Below, in pieces: positions 37,180-47,809 of a stretch of 64,000 nucleotides of DNA. Position numbers and translations under genes: made by a program. How positions within the stretch are numbered: the stretch's first letter is position 1; every line of letters starts with the position of its first letter. The notes beneath the pieces are model-generated. The model saw nothing but the letters and a program-made list of their open reading frames with translations. It ran no database searches and was not told where the DNA came from. The DNA is taken from positions 109,790 through 173,789 of the IMG/VR virus record IMGVR_UViG_3300028025_000091, one strand, 5' to 3'. This DNA comes from a virus.

Positions 37180-38619
37180 ATGAATTCAAGTTTTAAACAT
37201 TTGCCGCAAAACGAGCGGAAAAAAATCTTACTAATTTGTGATGATATTCGAGTACACTCAGGTGTAGCTACAATCGCACGTGAATTAGTTCTCAACACAG
37301 CTCAACATTTTAATTGGGTAAACATTGCAGGAGCCATAAACCACCCAGAAAAAGGTAAACGTTTTGATCTATCAACAGATACAAACACAAATACAGGTTT
37401 AACAGATGCATCTGTATTTTTATACCCTGTAGATGGATATGGTGACGCTGATTTTATCAGACATATGATTAAAATGGAAAAACCAGATGCAATCATGTTG
37501 ATTACCGATCCAAGGTATTTTGAATGGTTGTTTATGATTGAGAATGAAGTTAGAAAAACAACTCCAATTATTTACTTGAACATTTGGGATGATTACCCAG
37601 CTCCATTATACAATAAAGCATTTTATGAGTCATGTGATGCATTATTAGCAATCTCAAAACAAACAAAATTGATCAATGAATTAGTTTTGGATGAAAAACG
37701 AGGTAAAAAAGTTGTTGAATATGTTCCCCATGGTTTGAATCATGAAATTTATTATCCAATTGAAAAAGATGATGAATTAAAAGAATTAGAGCAATTCAAA
37801 TCTGTTGTATTTGGTGGTAAAGAAAAAGATTTTGTTGTATTTTTCAATTCAAGAAATATCCGACGTAAACAAATCCCGGATACAATGCTTGCCTTTAGAA
37901 TTTTCTTAGATACTTTACCTAAAGAAAAAGCAGAAAAATGTGCCATGATTATGCACACAGAAATTATTTCAGACCATGGAACTGATTTAGAAGCAGTACG
38001 TAAAGTATTATTCCCTGATTATCCTGAAGCAATTTATTTCTCCCAAAACAAATTAGACAATAAACAATTAAACCAATTGTACAACATTGCCGATGCCCAA
38101 ATCTTATTAACATCAAACGAAGGTTGGGGTCTATCATTAACAGAAGCAATTTTGGCTGGAACAGTTATTATTGGTAACGTAACAGGTGGTATGCAAGATC
38201 AAATGGGATTTGAAGATGAATATGGAAATTGGTACACACCATCACCAGATATCCCTTCAAACCATACAGGACGCTATAAAAACCATGGTGCCTGGGCATT
38301 TCCCGTTTACCCAACTAATCGATCACTTCAAGGTTCTCCTAAAACACCTTATATTTGGGATGATAGATGCAATGCTGAAGATGCAGCTGTACAAATTGGA
38401 AACGTTTATGCTTTAGATAGAACAATGAGAAAAGATCTTGGTAAAACAGGACGTCATTGGGCAATAAATGAATCAGGATTCACTGCTGAAGCTATGGGAG
38501 AAAGAACAATTAACGCGATAGATCAATTATTTAATACGTGGACTCCACGAGAAAAATATGAGTTAATCAACGTTAATGACGTTAAAGAAGACACAATCGA
38601 TCACAAATTTGTATATTAA
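37180..38619 (+). CDS. Glycosyltransferase, GT-B/GT4-like
   Basis: SGVA, PHG, RNIRRKQ, NEGWGLSLTEA. Confidence 0.88.
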   Translation: MNSSFKHLPQNERKKILLICDDIRVHSGVATIARELVLNTAQHFNWVNIAGAINHPEKGKRFDLSTDTNTNTGLTDASVFLYPVDGYGDADFIRHMIKMEKPDAIMLITDPRYFEWLFMIENEVRKTTPIIYLNIWDDYPAPLYNKAFYESCDALLAISKQTKLINELVLDEKRGKKVVEYVPHGLNHEIYYPIEKDDELKELEQFKSVVFGGKEKDFVVFFNSRNIRRKQIPDTMLAFRIFLDTLPKEKAEKCAMIMHTEIISDHGTDLEAVRKVLFPDYPEAIYFSQNKLDNKQLNQLYNIADAQILLTSNEGWGLSLTEAILAGTVIIGNVTGGMQDQMGFEDEYGNWYTPSPDIPSNHTGRYKNHGAWAFPVYPTNRSLQGSPKTPYIWDDRCNAEDAAVQIGNVYALDRTMRKDLGKTGRHWAINESGFTAEAMGERTINAIDQLFNTWTPREKYELINVNDVKEDTIDHKFVY

Positions 38620-38622
38620 AAT

Positions 38623-39186
38623 ATGGAAAGTCAAGAATTTAAACGAATGCAAGAATTAGCCGGTATAATTGTTGAAGAAAAACAAACATATGATTTTGGT
38701 TGTGCCATGTTGTATTTCGATTTCCCACAAATGAATAAAATTCATGATGCAATTGATCCTAAAGATGTTTATACTCAAGAAGGAGACAGGTCATTTGGGT
38801 TTGAAGATGAACCACATTGTACTTTACTTTATGGTTTACATGATGGAGTATCAACTGATGATGTTAGAAGTGTATTAGATAAATATACTTACTCAACTTT
38901 AAAAGCACATAATGCTTCATTATTTGAAAATCCTGAATATGATGTTTTAAAATTTGATATTGAAGGAGATAATTTACATGAAACTAATAAATCCCTTCAA
39001 CAATACCCCTTCACATCAAACTTCCCAGACTATCATCCCCACATGACAGTCGCCTACTTAAAACCAGGTACTGGGGGAAAATATGTAAAAATGCTTAAAG
39101 GGCAAGAATTTGATTTACTTCCTCAATATGCAGTATATTCAAAACCCGAGGGAGATCAAGATAAAATTAACATAAATATAGATTAA
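38623..39186 (+). CDS. 2H phosphoesterase (Acb1/T4 gp57B-like)
   Basis: Two HxT motifs: PHCTLLYG and DYHPHMTVAY. Confidence 0.7.
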   Translation: MESQEFKRMQELAGIIVEEKQTYDFGCAMLYFDFPQMNKIHDAIDPKDVYTQEGDRSFGFEDEPHCTLLYGLHDGVSTDDVRSVLDKYTYSTLKAHNASLFENPEYDVLKFDIEGDNLHETNKSLQQYPFTSNFPDYHPHMTVAYLKPGTGGKYVKMLKGQEFDLLPQYAVYSKPEGDQDKININID

Positions 39187-39195
39187 AAAACAACC

Positions 39196-39681
39196 ATGAA
39201 AACAAAAATCATTTCAGCATTTCCAGGCACAGGAAAAAGTGTTTATCATCAAAAACATAAAGAAACTACATTAGATAGTGATTCATCTAACTTCAGTTGG
39301 ATAATTGATGAAAATGGAAACAAATCAAGAAATCCAGAGTTTCCAAAAAACTATATTGAGCATATAAAGGAAAATATAGGTAAGTATGAATTTATATTTG
39401 TTTCATCACATAAAGAAGTTCGTGATGCTCTTTTAAATGAATGTATTTTCTTTTACTTAGTTTACCCCGATGATAGAAGAAAAGATGAATTTATTGAACG
39501 ATATAAAAACAGAGGCAATGATGAAAATTTCATAAAACTTGTTTCAGACAATTGGGATAATTGGATGAAAGAATTATGGTTTCTTCCCGATGGTTGTCAA
39601 CATATTAATATGGTTTTACCTAATCTTGAAGATGAGTTAGATCATTTAGAAAGAGTTGAATATAGGGAAGTTTTAAATTAA
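39196..39681 (+). CDS. P-loop kinase-like protein
   Basis: ISAFPGTGKS, LDSDSS, R...RG. Confidence 0.65.
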   Translation: MKTKIISAFPGTGKSVYHQKHKETTLDSDSSNFSWIIDENGNKSRNPEFPKNYIEHIKENIGKYEFIFVSSHKEVRDALLNECIFFYLVYPDDRRKDEFIERYKNRGNDENFIKLVSDNWDNWMKELWFLPDGCQHINMVLPNLEDELDHLERVEYREVLN

Positions 39682-39711
39682 ATTATATATTAAAAACAAA
39701 AATAAAGTTAT

Positions 39712-41004
39712 ATGAGCAAACCAACATTTGTAATCAGTTGCCCTATTGATACCTATTCAGGATATGGAGCACGTTCTCGCGATATCGTTAAAGCGATTAT
39801 TGAAATGGATAAATATGACGTTAAGATCTTAGGTCAACGATGGGGAAGTACTCCATTTGGATTTATTGAAGCTAACCCTGAATGGGAATTTTTAATTAAA
39901 CATATTTTACAATCCCCCCAATTACCATCACAACCTGAAATTTGGATGCAAATTACAGTTCCAAATGAATTTCAACCAATTGGAAAATATAATATTGGAT
40001 GTACAGCTGGAATTGAAACAACAATAGCCCCAGCAGAATGGGTTGAAGGTTGTAATCGAATGAATTTGATTTTAGGTTCATCTGAGCACACTATCAAAGT
40101 ACTTAAAGAGAGTAAATTTGAAAAACGCGACCAACAAACAAACCAAACAGTAGGAACTATTGAGTGGAAAACTGATAGTGAAGTAATATTTGAAGGTGCT
40201 AACACAGATATTTACAAACCAGTAAAATCAACATTTGATTTATCTAATGTAAAAGAAGAATTTGCTTATTTGTTTGTAGGTCACTGGATGCAAGGTCAAT
40301 TAGGTGAAGATAGAAAAAATGTAGGTTTACTAGTAAAAGCGTTTTATGAAACGTTTAAAAATAAATCAAAGAAACCTGCACTTATCATGAAAACTTCAAC
40401 TGTAGGTTCTTCTTATATGGATAGAGATGAGTTAATTAAACGTATCCAAATGATTAAAGATACTGTTAAATCAAATAACCTTCCAAATATCTATTTGTTA
40501 CATGGTGAGTTTACTGATGTAGAAATGAATGAGATTTATAATCATTCCAAAGTTAAAGCAATGGTTAATTTAACTAAAGGAGAAGGATTTGGTCGACCAT
40601 TACTTGAATTTTCACTTACTAATAAACCTATTATTACTACAAATTGGAGTGGCCATACAGATTACCTAAATTCAGAATTTGTTACACTTTTACCAGGTAA
40701 TTTAACCAAAGTCCACCCATCAGCAGCAAATAATATGCTAATGGCTGAAGCAGAATGGTTTAGTGTTGATTTTGGACAAACAGGTGGTTATTTAAGAGAC
40801 ATATTTGAAAACTATAAAAATTACACTGATAAAGCAAAACGTCAAGGTTTCCAAAGTAGAACAAAATTCTCATTTGAAGCAATGAAAAATAAGCTAGGTG
40901 AAGTTTTTACAAATAAAATCCCTGAATTTCCAAAACAAGGTCAAATTCAATTACCTCAATTGAAAAAAATTGAATTACCAAAACTTAAAAAAGTAGAACA
41001 ATAA
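39712..41004 (+). CDS. Glycosyltransferase, GT-B/GT4-like
   Basis: YSGYG, DRKNV, GEGFGRPLLE. Confidence 0.88.
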   Translation: MSKPTFVISCPIDTYSGYGARSRDIVKAIIEMDKYDVKILGQRWGSTPFGFIEANPEWEFLIKHILQSPQLPSQPEIWMQITVPNEFQPIGKYNIGCTAGIETTIAPAEWVEGCNRMNLILGSSEHTIKVLKESKFEKRDQQTNQTVGTIEWKTDSEVIFEGANTDIYKPVKSTFDLSNVKEEFAYLFVGHWMQGQLGEDRKNVGLLVKAFYETFKNKSKKPALIMKTSTVGSSYMDRDELIKRIQMIKDTVKSNNLPNIYLLHGEFTDVEMNEIYNHSKVKAMVNLTKGEGFGRPLLEFSLTNKPIITTNWSGHTDYLNSEFVTLLPGNLTKVHPSAANNMLMAEAEWFSVDFGQTGGYLRDIFENYKNYTDKAKRQGFQSRTKFSFEAMKNKLGEVFTNKIPEFPKQGQIQLPQLKKIELPKLKKVEQ

Positions 41005-41468
41005 TGCAACACGAAGAAATAATTAATTGCCCTAAATCAGGAGGTGACTTGTGCTATAAAGTACAAGTTGCCCCTGAAATTTACAACTACATGAGTATAT
41101 CTTGTGGATTCTGGACGAATTCATTTATGAAAGAAGGTCATGAATTCTATATGCAACAAATGGAAACATTACCTGAGTTGTATAAAGATTTAGCTTGGAC
41201 TGATCCGGAAACAGGATTGATTTGGTTACCAAATACAATTAATGTAGAGGATAAAGGTATGGTATTTGCCAATGGCACAAACATCTCCAATTGGAAATGG
41301 GCTGCTGTTAGAGCAATTGAAATCCCTAAAAAAGACCAGAAAAAACACCCAATACCAGGTAAACCAGGACAATTCATGAAATATAGAATGGACATGAAGA
41401 ATTTAAAATCGTTTGAAGAGCGTGATTATATGGATGCTCTTTCGTATATTGGAATATTACCTGAATAA
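41004..41468 (+). CDS. Hypothetical protein
   Basis: 154-aa ORF with Cys motifs. Confidence 0.6.
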   Translation: MQHEEIINCPKSGGDLCYKVQVAPEIYNYMSISCGFWTNSFMKEGHEFYMQQMETLPELYKDLAWTDPETGLIWLPNTINVEDKGMVFANGTNISNWKWAAVRAIEIPKKDQKKHPIPGKPGQFMKYRMDMKNLKSFEERDYMDALSYIGILPE

Positions 41469-41473
41469 GATAT

Positions 41474-42097
41474 ATGAAAATAAGTTATGCAATCACAGTC
41501 TGTAATGAATTCTTAGAAATTCAACGTTTAGTGCATTTTTTGCTTCAACACAAACGTATGCAAGACAATATTGTGATCCTATATGATGAAGCAAATGGTG
41601 ACCCCGAAATCGAGGCCTTCCTCCGCTCACATTCCCAAAATGAGGAATTTGTGTGGCACAAAGGAAAATTCGAAAGACATTTCGCAGACTGGAAAAACAA
41701 ATTATCCAGTCTGTGTAATGGCGATTACATTTTCCAAATTGATGCTGATGAATACCCATCAGAGGATTTGATCCAAAACCTACCTGAAATTCTAGAACTT
41801 AACCCTGAAATGGATATTTTTCTAGTACCACGAGTAAATACAGTTGAAGGTTTAACTCCCGAACATATCGCAAAATGGGGATGGAATGTAACAGATACTG
41901 GATGGGTTAATTGGCCTGATTTTCAATGGAGGATTTGGAGAAATGTACCTGAAATTAAATGGGTAAACAAAGTACATGAGCGTTTAGACGGATTCAAAAC
42001 ATACACTATGCTCCCAGATGCAGAATACTTTGCTCTATACCACCCAAAAACAATAGATAAACAAGAAAAACAAAACAGTTACTATGACACACTCTAG
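41474..42097 (+). CDS. Glycosyltransferase family 2
   Basis: ISYAITVCNE, QIDADE DxD motif, VHE. Confidence 0.88.
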   Translation: MKISYAITVCNEFLEIQRLVHFLLQHKRMQDNIVILYDEANGDPEIEAFLRSHSQNEEFVWHKGKFERHFADWKNKLSSLCNGDYIFQIDADEYPSEDLIQNLPEILELNPEMDIFLVPRVNTVEGLTPEHIAKWGWNVTDTGWVNWPDFQWRIWRNVPEIKWVNKVHERLDGFKTYTMLPDAEYFALYHPKTIDKQEKQNSYYDTL

Positions 42098-42938
42098 CCC
42101 ACTGACATTTTGTATTTCAACATATAATAACCTTCCCTACCTTAAAATTGCAATTGATTCAGTTAGAAAGAATAGTTACTACAAAGATGCTCCATTTATA
42201 ATACATGCTGAAAATTGTACTGATGGAACTAATGAATGGTTATTTGAGAATCGAGATAAATATAATTTAATTTTACTTGTTGAACCTGAAAATATTAAAG
42301 TTCGGGGTATTGGAGGTGGAATGAATATTTGTGCTGATCATGTTGAAACAGAATACATAATGTTTTTACACTCTGATTTTTATGTAACTAAAGATTGGGA
42401 TAAAGTATTATTAGATATTCATGAAAAATACCCCAATGAAAAATTATGGGTCAATTCTCAACGAGTAGAACCTAATATGTTCAACAATCTATCCCAAAGA
42501 CCAGGTACCGCAATAGTTCCTAAAGAAATATTTGGAGCATATCACCACGATTTTGATTCTGATTATTTTGATAATTGGGCTGAAGATTTTATTAGAATAA
42601 ACAAAGGTATTGAAATTCCAAAAGGTGAAGGTGTATCTGGATTAATTAAAAAATCAGTATGGGATGAGGTAGGAGGAAACGATCCACGTTTTGCCCCAAC
42701 AAGTTGGGATGATATGGATTTATTTTTACGAATGCTTCAACATAATGTGAGATTTATTCTTTCTACATCTTCTTTAATATGGCATTTTGGAGCTAGAGGC
42801 AGCCACCGACTAGAAGAAAATAATGGACAATCTTCAGATCGCCAAAGAAAAGCAGAAACTGAAAATATTAAAAAATGGTTGGAAAAATGGGAAAAGATGC
42901 CTATATTTGATGAATACGGAATGATAAAAATTATATAA
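42084..42938 (+). CDS. Glycosyltransferase family 2
   Basis: ISTYNN, CTDGT, LHSD, VGG.D, WDD.DL. Confidence 0.88.
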   Translation: MTHSSPLTFCISTYNNLPYLKIAIDSVRKNSYYKDAPFIIHAENCTDGTNEWLFENRDKYNLILLVEPENIKVRGIGGGMNICADHVETEYIMFLHSDFYVTKDWDKVLLDIHEKYPNEKLWVNSQRVEPNMFNNLSQRPGTAIVPKEIFGAYHHDFDSDYFDNWAEDFIRINKGIEIPKGEGVSGLIKKSVWDEVGGNDPRFAPTSWDDMDLFLRMLQHNVRFILSTSSLIWHFGARGSHRLEENNGQSSDRQRKAETENIKKWLEKWEKMPIFDEYGMIKII

Positions 42939-43625
42939 ATGAAAAATATACCAATAGTAATTTTAAATCGAGATCGATTATATCCATTAATTGATCAAGT
43001 TAATGCTTTAAGACAAAAAGGTTATAATAATATTACAATTATAGATAATCAATCAACCTATCAACCCTTATTGGAATGGTACAAACAAGACGGGCTAGAT
43101 GTATTTTATAATAATATTACAGAAAATTCTTGCCATGCTTTTAGAGATTTAGTTTTAATGCAACATCCTAAATTTATAGAAATTGTATCTAACTGGTATG
43201 TGTTTAATGATAGTGATATTATCCCATTAGACACGGTTCCTAATAATTTTATTGATGATTTAATTGCTTATGCTATTAAATATAATAAAACTAAAGTTGG
43301 TATGTCAATTAAAATTGATGATTTAGATATGTCATATCCATTAAATGAATGGGTTTATAGTTATGAATCGTCTTATTGGACAAATGCAATTATCGATGGA
43401 GATGTTGAATTATATCCCCACCCAATTGATACAACATTTGCCGTACATGCCCCAAATGTATTACCAACATGGAGTAACAATACATTACGTGTTGGAGAAC
43501 CATATATTGTTAAACATGCCCCTTTTTATTATGATCCGGAATCTTTACCGGAAGATGAAAAATATTATTTAACTCATATGAATAAACAAAGTAGTAATTG
43601 GTCAAGTAAAGTAAAAATAAAATGA
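42939..43625 (+). CDS. GT2-like protein
   Basis: IVILNRDR, IIDNQS, NDSD. Confidence 0.7.
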   Translation: MKNIPIVILNRDRLYPLIDQVNALRQKGYNNITIIDNQSTYQPLLEWYKQDGLDVFYNNITENSCHAFRDLVLMQHPKFIEIVSNWYVFNDSDIIPLDTVPNNFIDDLIAYAIKYNKTKVGMSIKIDDLDMSYPLNEWVYSYESSYWTNAIIDGDVELYPHPIDTTFAVHAPNVLPTWSNNTLRVGEPYIVKHAPFYYDPESLPEDEKYYLTHMNKQSSNWSSKVKIK

Positions 43626-44284
43626 TAAAAGTAAATAAAGCAGGTGTTAATTTTTTAGTTACACCATCAACCCCAAGTCTTGATAATTTTTGGCAAACTG
43701 TATATCAAGAATCTTGGGAAGGAGGTACATTTTACGATATATTACCTCATTTAAGTAAAGATAAAACTTTTATTGATATAGGTGCATGGCAAGGACCCAT
43801 ATCATTAGTAGCCCAACAGTTTTCAAAACAATGTTTATGTTTTGAACCAGACCCATATGCGTATAAATACCTAGTTAGTAATGTGGAATTGAATGGATTT
43901 CAAAACATAATCTGTGAAAATGCAGCTGTCTCTGCAGAACCTACATTAAATATAGGTGCTGATGAATTAGGAGGGGGTGTAACTAGTTTTACAAAATCAT
44001 CCAATAGTATTGAATGTAAAACTATATCAATCAAACAAATATTTGATAAATACCAATTAACATCAGATGACATTTCAGTTATTAAAATAGATATTGAAGG
44101 TTATGAATGTGAATTATTAAAAGATCCATTTTGGAAAACATTAAATGTAAATTTACACATTAGTTTACATAAATTATTTTTCCCAGACCCAGAAAAATAT
44201 TTTGATGATTTGCGAGAATTTTTTGGACCAAATTATCAATTTTCATATACTGATACACAAGAAATTTTTATAGGAAAAAAATGA
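43622..44284 (+). CDS. FkbM-family SAM methyltransferase
   Basis: FIDIGAWQG, FEP, IKIDIEGYE. Confidence 0.9.
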   Translation: MIKVNKAGVNFLVTPSTPSLDNFWQTVYQESWEGGTFYDILPHLSKDKTFIDIGAWQGPISLVAQQFSKQCLCFEPDPYAYKYLVSNVELNGFQNIICENAAVSAEPTLNIGADELGGGVTSFTKSSNSIECKTISIKQIFDKYQLTSDDISVIKIDIEGYECELLKDPFWKTLNVNLHISLHKLFFPDPEKYFDDLREFFGPNYQFSYTDTQEIFIGKK

Positions 44285-44928
44285 AGACAGTAGCATTATT
44301 TGGAGCCACCGGTGGCTTAGGAAAACAATTATTACCATTATTGCAAACAAAATATAACGTAATAGGAATAAGTTCATCAGATATTGATGTTACTAGCTTT
44401 ACACAAGTTAATGAATTTTTTGAAACTAATGATATTGATGTTGTAATTAATTTGAGTGGTTATAATTTTGATACATTTACACATAAAATAAATAATGAAA
44501 CTTTAAATCAAATTGATAAACAAATTGATGTGAATATTAAAGGAACCATTAATGTAGTTTCAAATTGTTTAAGTAAAATGCGAGAACAACAATTTGGTAG
44601 AATCATTCTTGTTTCATCAGTGTTAGCAGATCATCCCGTTATTAGTACTAGCATATATGCTGGATGTAAGGGGTTTGTTGACAGTTTTACTAAAACAGTA
44701 GCTTTAGAAAATGCAAATAAAAATATTAATTGTAATAGTTTGCAATTAGGATATTTCGATGGAGGATTAACATATAAAATTCCAGAAAACTTTAGAGATA
44801 CCCTTAAAAATAATATACCAGCAAAACGTTGGGGTACAATTGCTGAATTATATAATACAATTGATTATTTAATTGAAACTGGTTATATTACGGGACAAAA
44901 TTTAAATATAAGTGGAGGAATTATATAA
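44281..44928 (+). CDS. Short-chain dehydrogenase/reductase
   Basis: GATGGLG, SS, YAGCK, ITGQ. Confidence 0.9.
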   Translation: MKTVALFGATGGLGKQLLPLLQTKYNVIGISSSDIDVTSFTQVNEFFETNDIDVVINLSGYNFDTFTHKINNETLNQIDKQIDVNIKGTINVVSNCLSKMREQQFGRIILVSSVLADHPVISTSIYAGCKGFVDSFTKTVALENANKNINCNSLQLGYFDGGLTYKIPENFRDTLKNNIPAKRWGTIAELYNTIDYLIETGYITGQNLNISGGII

Positions 44929-45779
44929 TGCAGGAATATAAAGACATATTTAACAATGTACATATCACCTCTAAAGAATTAAATATTGGTACCAATGTAA
45001 AATTTGGTAAAGATATTAATATTAAAGTTAGAGGTTGTTTAGAAATTGGTGATAATAGTATTATAGGTGATAGATTTACTGTTAATGCTGAAAATGTTAC
45101 TTTAGGAGAATATTTTTATAATGGTCCTACTGATAGTAGAGGTATGGTTATTGGGGGTGGAAGTTCAAATTTCCCATACGCAAATCTTCAAATAGGAACA
45201 GGAATGGTATGTCATACAGGTCATATCAATCTCGCAGCACCAGTAACAATAGGAAACGATGTAGGATTGTCTCACGATGTTGATTTAATTACTCACGGTT
45301 TTTGGTCTAATATCTTAAAAGGTTACCCAAGAGTATTTGAAGAAATTAAGATTGGAAACAATGTTATTGTAGGATGGAAAACAGTTATTATGAGTGGAGT
45401 TGAAATTTGTGATGATGTTGTCATTGGGTCACATTCAACTATAACAAAATCCTTAACAACACCAAAAGGAATATATGTGGGTTCACCCGCAAAACTAATC
45501 AAAACGATAACAGAACCATCCTTTGAAGAAAAGATTAATATGGTTGAAGGATTAATTAAAGATTTTAATGATTTAATGTCATATTATGATATCCCGGATT
45601 ATACCATATCATATGATTATCCTAAGTTATTTATTAATAAGTTAGAGATTGATTTACTTAACTTCTCATATAAAGGAGAACATGATATGATTACAGATGC
45701 GTTTAGAGATTTTGCTAGACGATATGGAATTAGAGTATATGCTCCACAAGGATATAAATTTAATCTAAACAGAAAATGA
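44928..45779 (+). CDS. Hexapeptide-repeat acyltransferase
   Basis: IGDN/IGND/IGNN repeats, GSPAK. Confidence 0.85.
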   Translation: MQEYKDIFNNVHITSKELNIGTNVKFGKDINIKVRGCLEIGDNSIIGDRFTVNAENVTLGEYFYNGPTDSRGMVIGGGSSNFPYANLQIGTGMVCHTGHINLAAPVTIGNDVGLSHDVDLITHGFWSNILKGYPRVFEEIKIGNNVIVGWKTVIMSGVEICDDVVIGSHSTITKSLTTPKGIYVGSPAKLIKTITEPSFEEKINMVEGLIKDFNDLMSYYDIPDYTISYDYPKLFINKLEIDLLNFSYKGEHDMITDAFRDFARRYGIRVYAPQGYKFNLNRK

Positions 45780-46408
45780 AATTTCTAAATTTTAATAGAG
45801 TACTTTGCCTAAGCCCTCATCCAGATGATACTGAATATAGTATTGCCGGAGTAGTACTAAAACATCAAGATACTCACTTTGATATTTTATGTTTAACTCA
45901 AGGAGGTGATTGTGATACCACAACAGGTACTGATCGCATACAAGAAGTAAAAAATTCCTGGAAATCAACCCCAGCATCTAATTATTCTTTACATTTTAGT
46001 GGTGTAAAATTCCTTAAAGAACTAGGAGTAGATGAATGGATAAACTATATTGAAACTAATTTCACAAAACAATTTAATTATGATTGTATAATGACTACTT
46101 CAGAATTCGATAGTCATTTTGAACATGTGTTAATATCATCATTTGCAGCACCCTTAGCTAGAATTAAACCATATAGTATTATTCAATATAAATCTCCATC
46201 AACTTTAGATAAATGGACTCCAAACTTATTTGTCTCCTTAAAAGATTTTTATTATATTAAGAAGGAAATGTTACTTGAATTTAAATCTCAATTACATCAT
46301 GGATATTTTGATGAATCTGTTTTAGATGGATTTCATACTAATTTCCAATGCATGAAAAAAGGACAAGGATTTGTAGAATCATATAAAATAATTACAGCAT
46401 ATGAATAA
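45776..46408 (+). CDS. PIG-L family deacetylase
   Basis: SPHPDD, DSHFEH, FKSQ. Confidence 0.85.
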   Translation: MKFLNFNRVLCLSPHPDDTEYSIAGVVLKHQDTHFDILCLTQGGDCDTTTGTDRIQEVKNSWKSTPASNYSLHFSGVKFLKELGVDEWINYIETNFTKQFNYDCIMTTSEFDSHFEHVLISSFAAPLARIKPYSIIQYKSPSTLDKWTPNLFVSLKDFYYIKKEMLLEFKSQLHHGYFDESVLDGFHTNFQCMKKGQGFVESYKIITAYE

Positions 46409-47186
46409 ATTAGTATTATATTGCAAAAGCTATGATAAAGATGTACATAGAGCTAAGACCTTATTAGACAGTATTGTAAAATATAATACCGACAACATCC
46501 CATTTTACATTTCAGTCCCATCTTCTGATATAGAATTATTCAAACAAGAATTAGGTGAAAGTAATTATATTCTTTTAAAAGATGAAGATATTGATAGTTT
46601 AAATGAAGGGTGGAAAGGTCAACAAATAGTAAAAAGTCAATTTTGGAAATTGGGATTATGTGAGAACTATGTTTGTATAGATTCTGATTGTATCTTTATT
46701 AAAGATTTTACTGTATCTGATTTTATGTTTGATAATGATACTCCTTATACGGTATGTCATGAATATAAGTCATTTTTTGAATTTATGGAAAAGTATCCTT
46801 TAGGATTTGATCCATATGAATCATTTGCTAAAGAACGAAAACACATAATGGATTTATTTGGTAGAGAAGGAGCAATATATGATTTTGGTCCCGGACCTAC
46901 AATTTGGTCATCTAAAGTTTGGAAATCCTTAGAAGAAAACTATTTAATTCCAAATAAATTAAAATTTAGTGATTTAATTGAAGTAAATGGTTCTGAATTT
47001 ACTTGGTATGGAGAATGGTTATTGTATAGTCAAGTAATTAGATTAATGCCCAAAGGACCATTATTTAAAAATTATCACTATCCTCATCAATATGATTATG
47101 ATAAACATTGTGGGTATGATATAAAAAAAATTGCAAAATTATACTTAGGAATAGGTATGCAATCAATATATAAATTTAATATTTAA
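46401..47186 (+). CDS. Nucleotide-diphospho-sugar transferase-like protein (DUF6492-like)
   Basis: GWKGQQIVK, CIDSD, SEFTWYG. Confidence 0.6.
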   Translation: MNKLVLYCKSYDKDVHRAKTLLDSIVKYNTDNIPFYISVPSSDIELFKQELGESNYILLKDEDIDSLNEGWKGQQIVKSQFWKLGLCENYVCIDSDCIFIKDFTVSDFMFDNDTPYTVCHEYKSFFEFMEKYPLGFDPYESFAKERKHIMDLFGREGAIYDFGPGPTIWSSKVWKSLEENYLIPNKLKFSDLIEVNGSEFTWYGEWLLYSQVIRLMPKGPLFKNYHYPHQYDYDKHCGYDIKKIAKLYLGIGMQSIYKFNI

Positions 47187-47191
47187 AAAAC

Positions 47192-47809
47192 ATGAAAAAA
47201 AGTTTAGAAGAAATTAGTAAACAATACCAATCTGATAAAGGATTAGTGTATCATAATTATTTAGAAATTTATGAAAAATATTTTTCTAAATACCGTGATA
47301 CATTAGAAAATTTTTTAGAGATTGGACTATGGAAAGGAGATAGTATTAGAATGTGGCGTGACTATTTTGACACAGGTAATTTAGTAGGAGCTGATATATT
47401 AGATTTATCTCATGTAATATTACCAAATACTCAAATACACATATGTGATCAATCTGATAGAGATCAATTAGGAAATTTAGTAAATAATTCATTTAATGAA
47501 TTTGATATCATTATAGATGATGGAGGTCATTGGCAACACCAACAACAAATCACATTAGGATTTATGTTCCCATTTCTCAAACCAGGAGGAGTATTTGTAA
47601 TTGAAGATCTTCACACAGCTAACCATCCAGAATATACACGCCCTGGTGATGTTGCAACATTAGAAATATTACATACTTGGAAAGATACAGGTAATTTAAT
47701 TAGTAATTGCATGTCAGAAAGCGAAATAAAATATTTAACAGATACAGTTGCTGAAATCCATATTGAACAAGCTACAGTATCAGATATAGCATTTATTATT
47801 AAGAAATGA
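47192..47809 (+). CDS. Class I SAM methyltransferase (sugar O-methyltransferase-like)
   Basis: SDK...H.Y, LEIG, FDIIIDDGGH, LKPGG.FVIED. Confidence 0.85.
   Translation: MKKSLEEISKQYQSDKGLVYHNYLEIYEKYFSKYRDTLENFLEIGLWKGDSIRMWRDYFDTGNLVGADILDLSHVILPNTQIHICDQSDRDQLGNLVNNSFNEFDIIIDDGGHWQHQQQITLGFMFPFLKPGGVFVIEDLHTANHPEYTRPGDVATLEILHTWKDTGNLISNCMSESEIKYLTDTVAEIHIEQATVSDIAFIIKK

Noticed and set aside
38605-39695. TATATTAAAA direct repeat flanking the 2H and kinase genes
   Set aside because: Only 10 bp of pure A/T, expected by chance.
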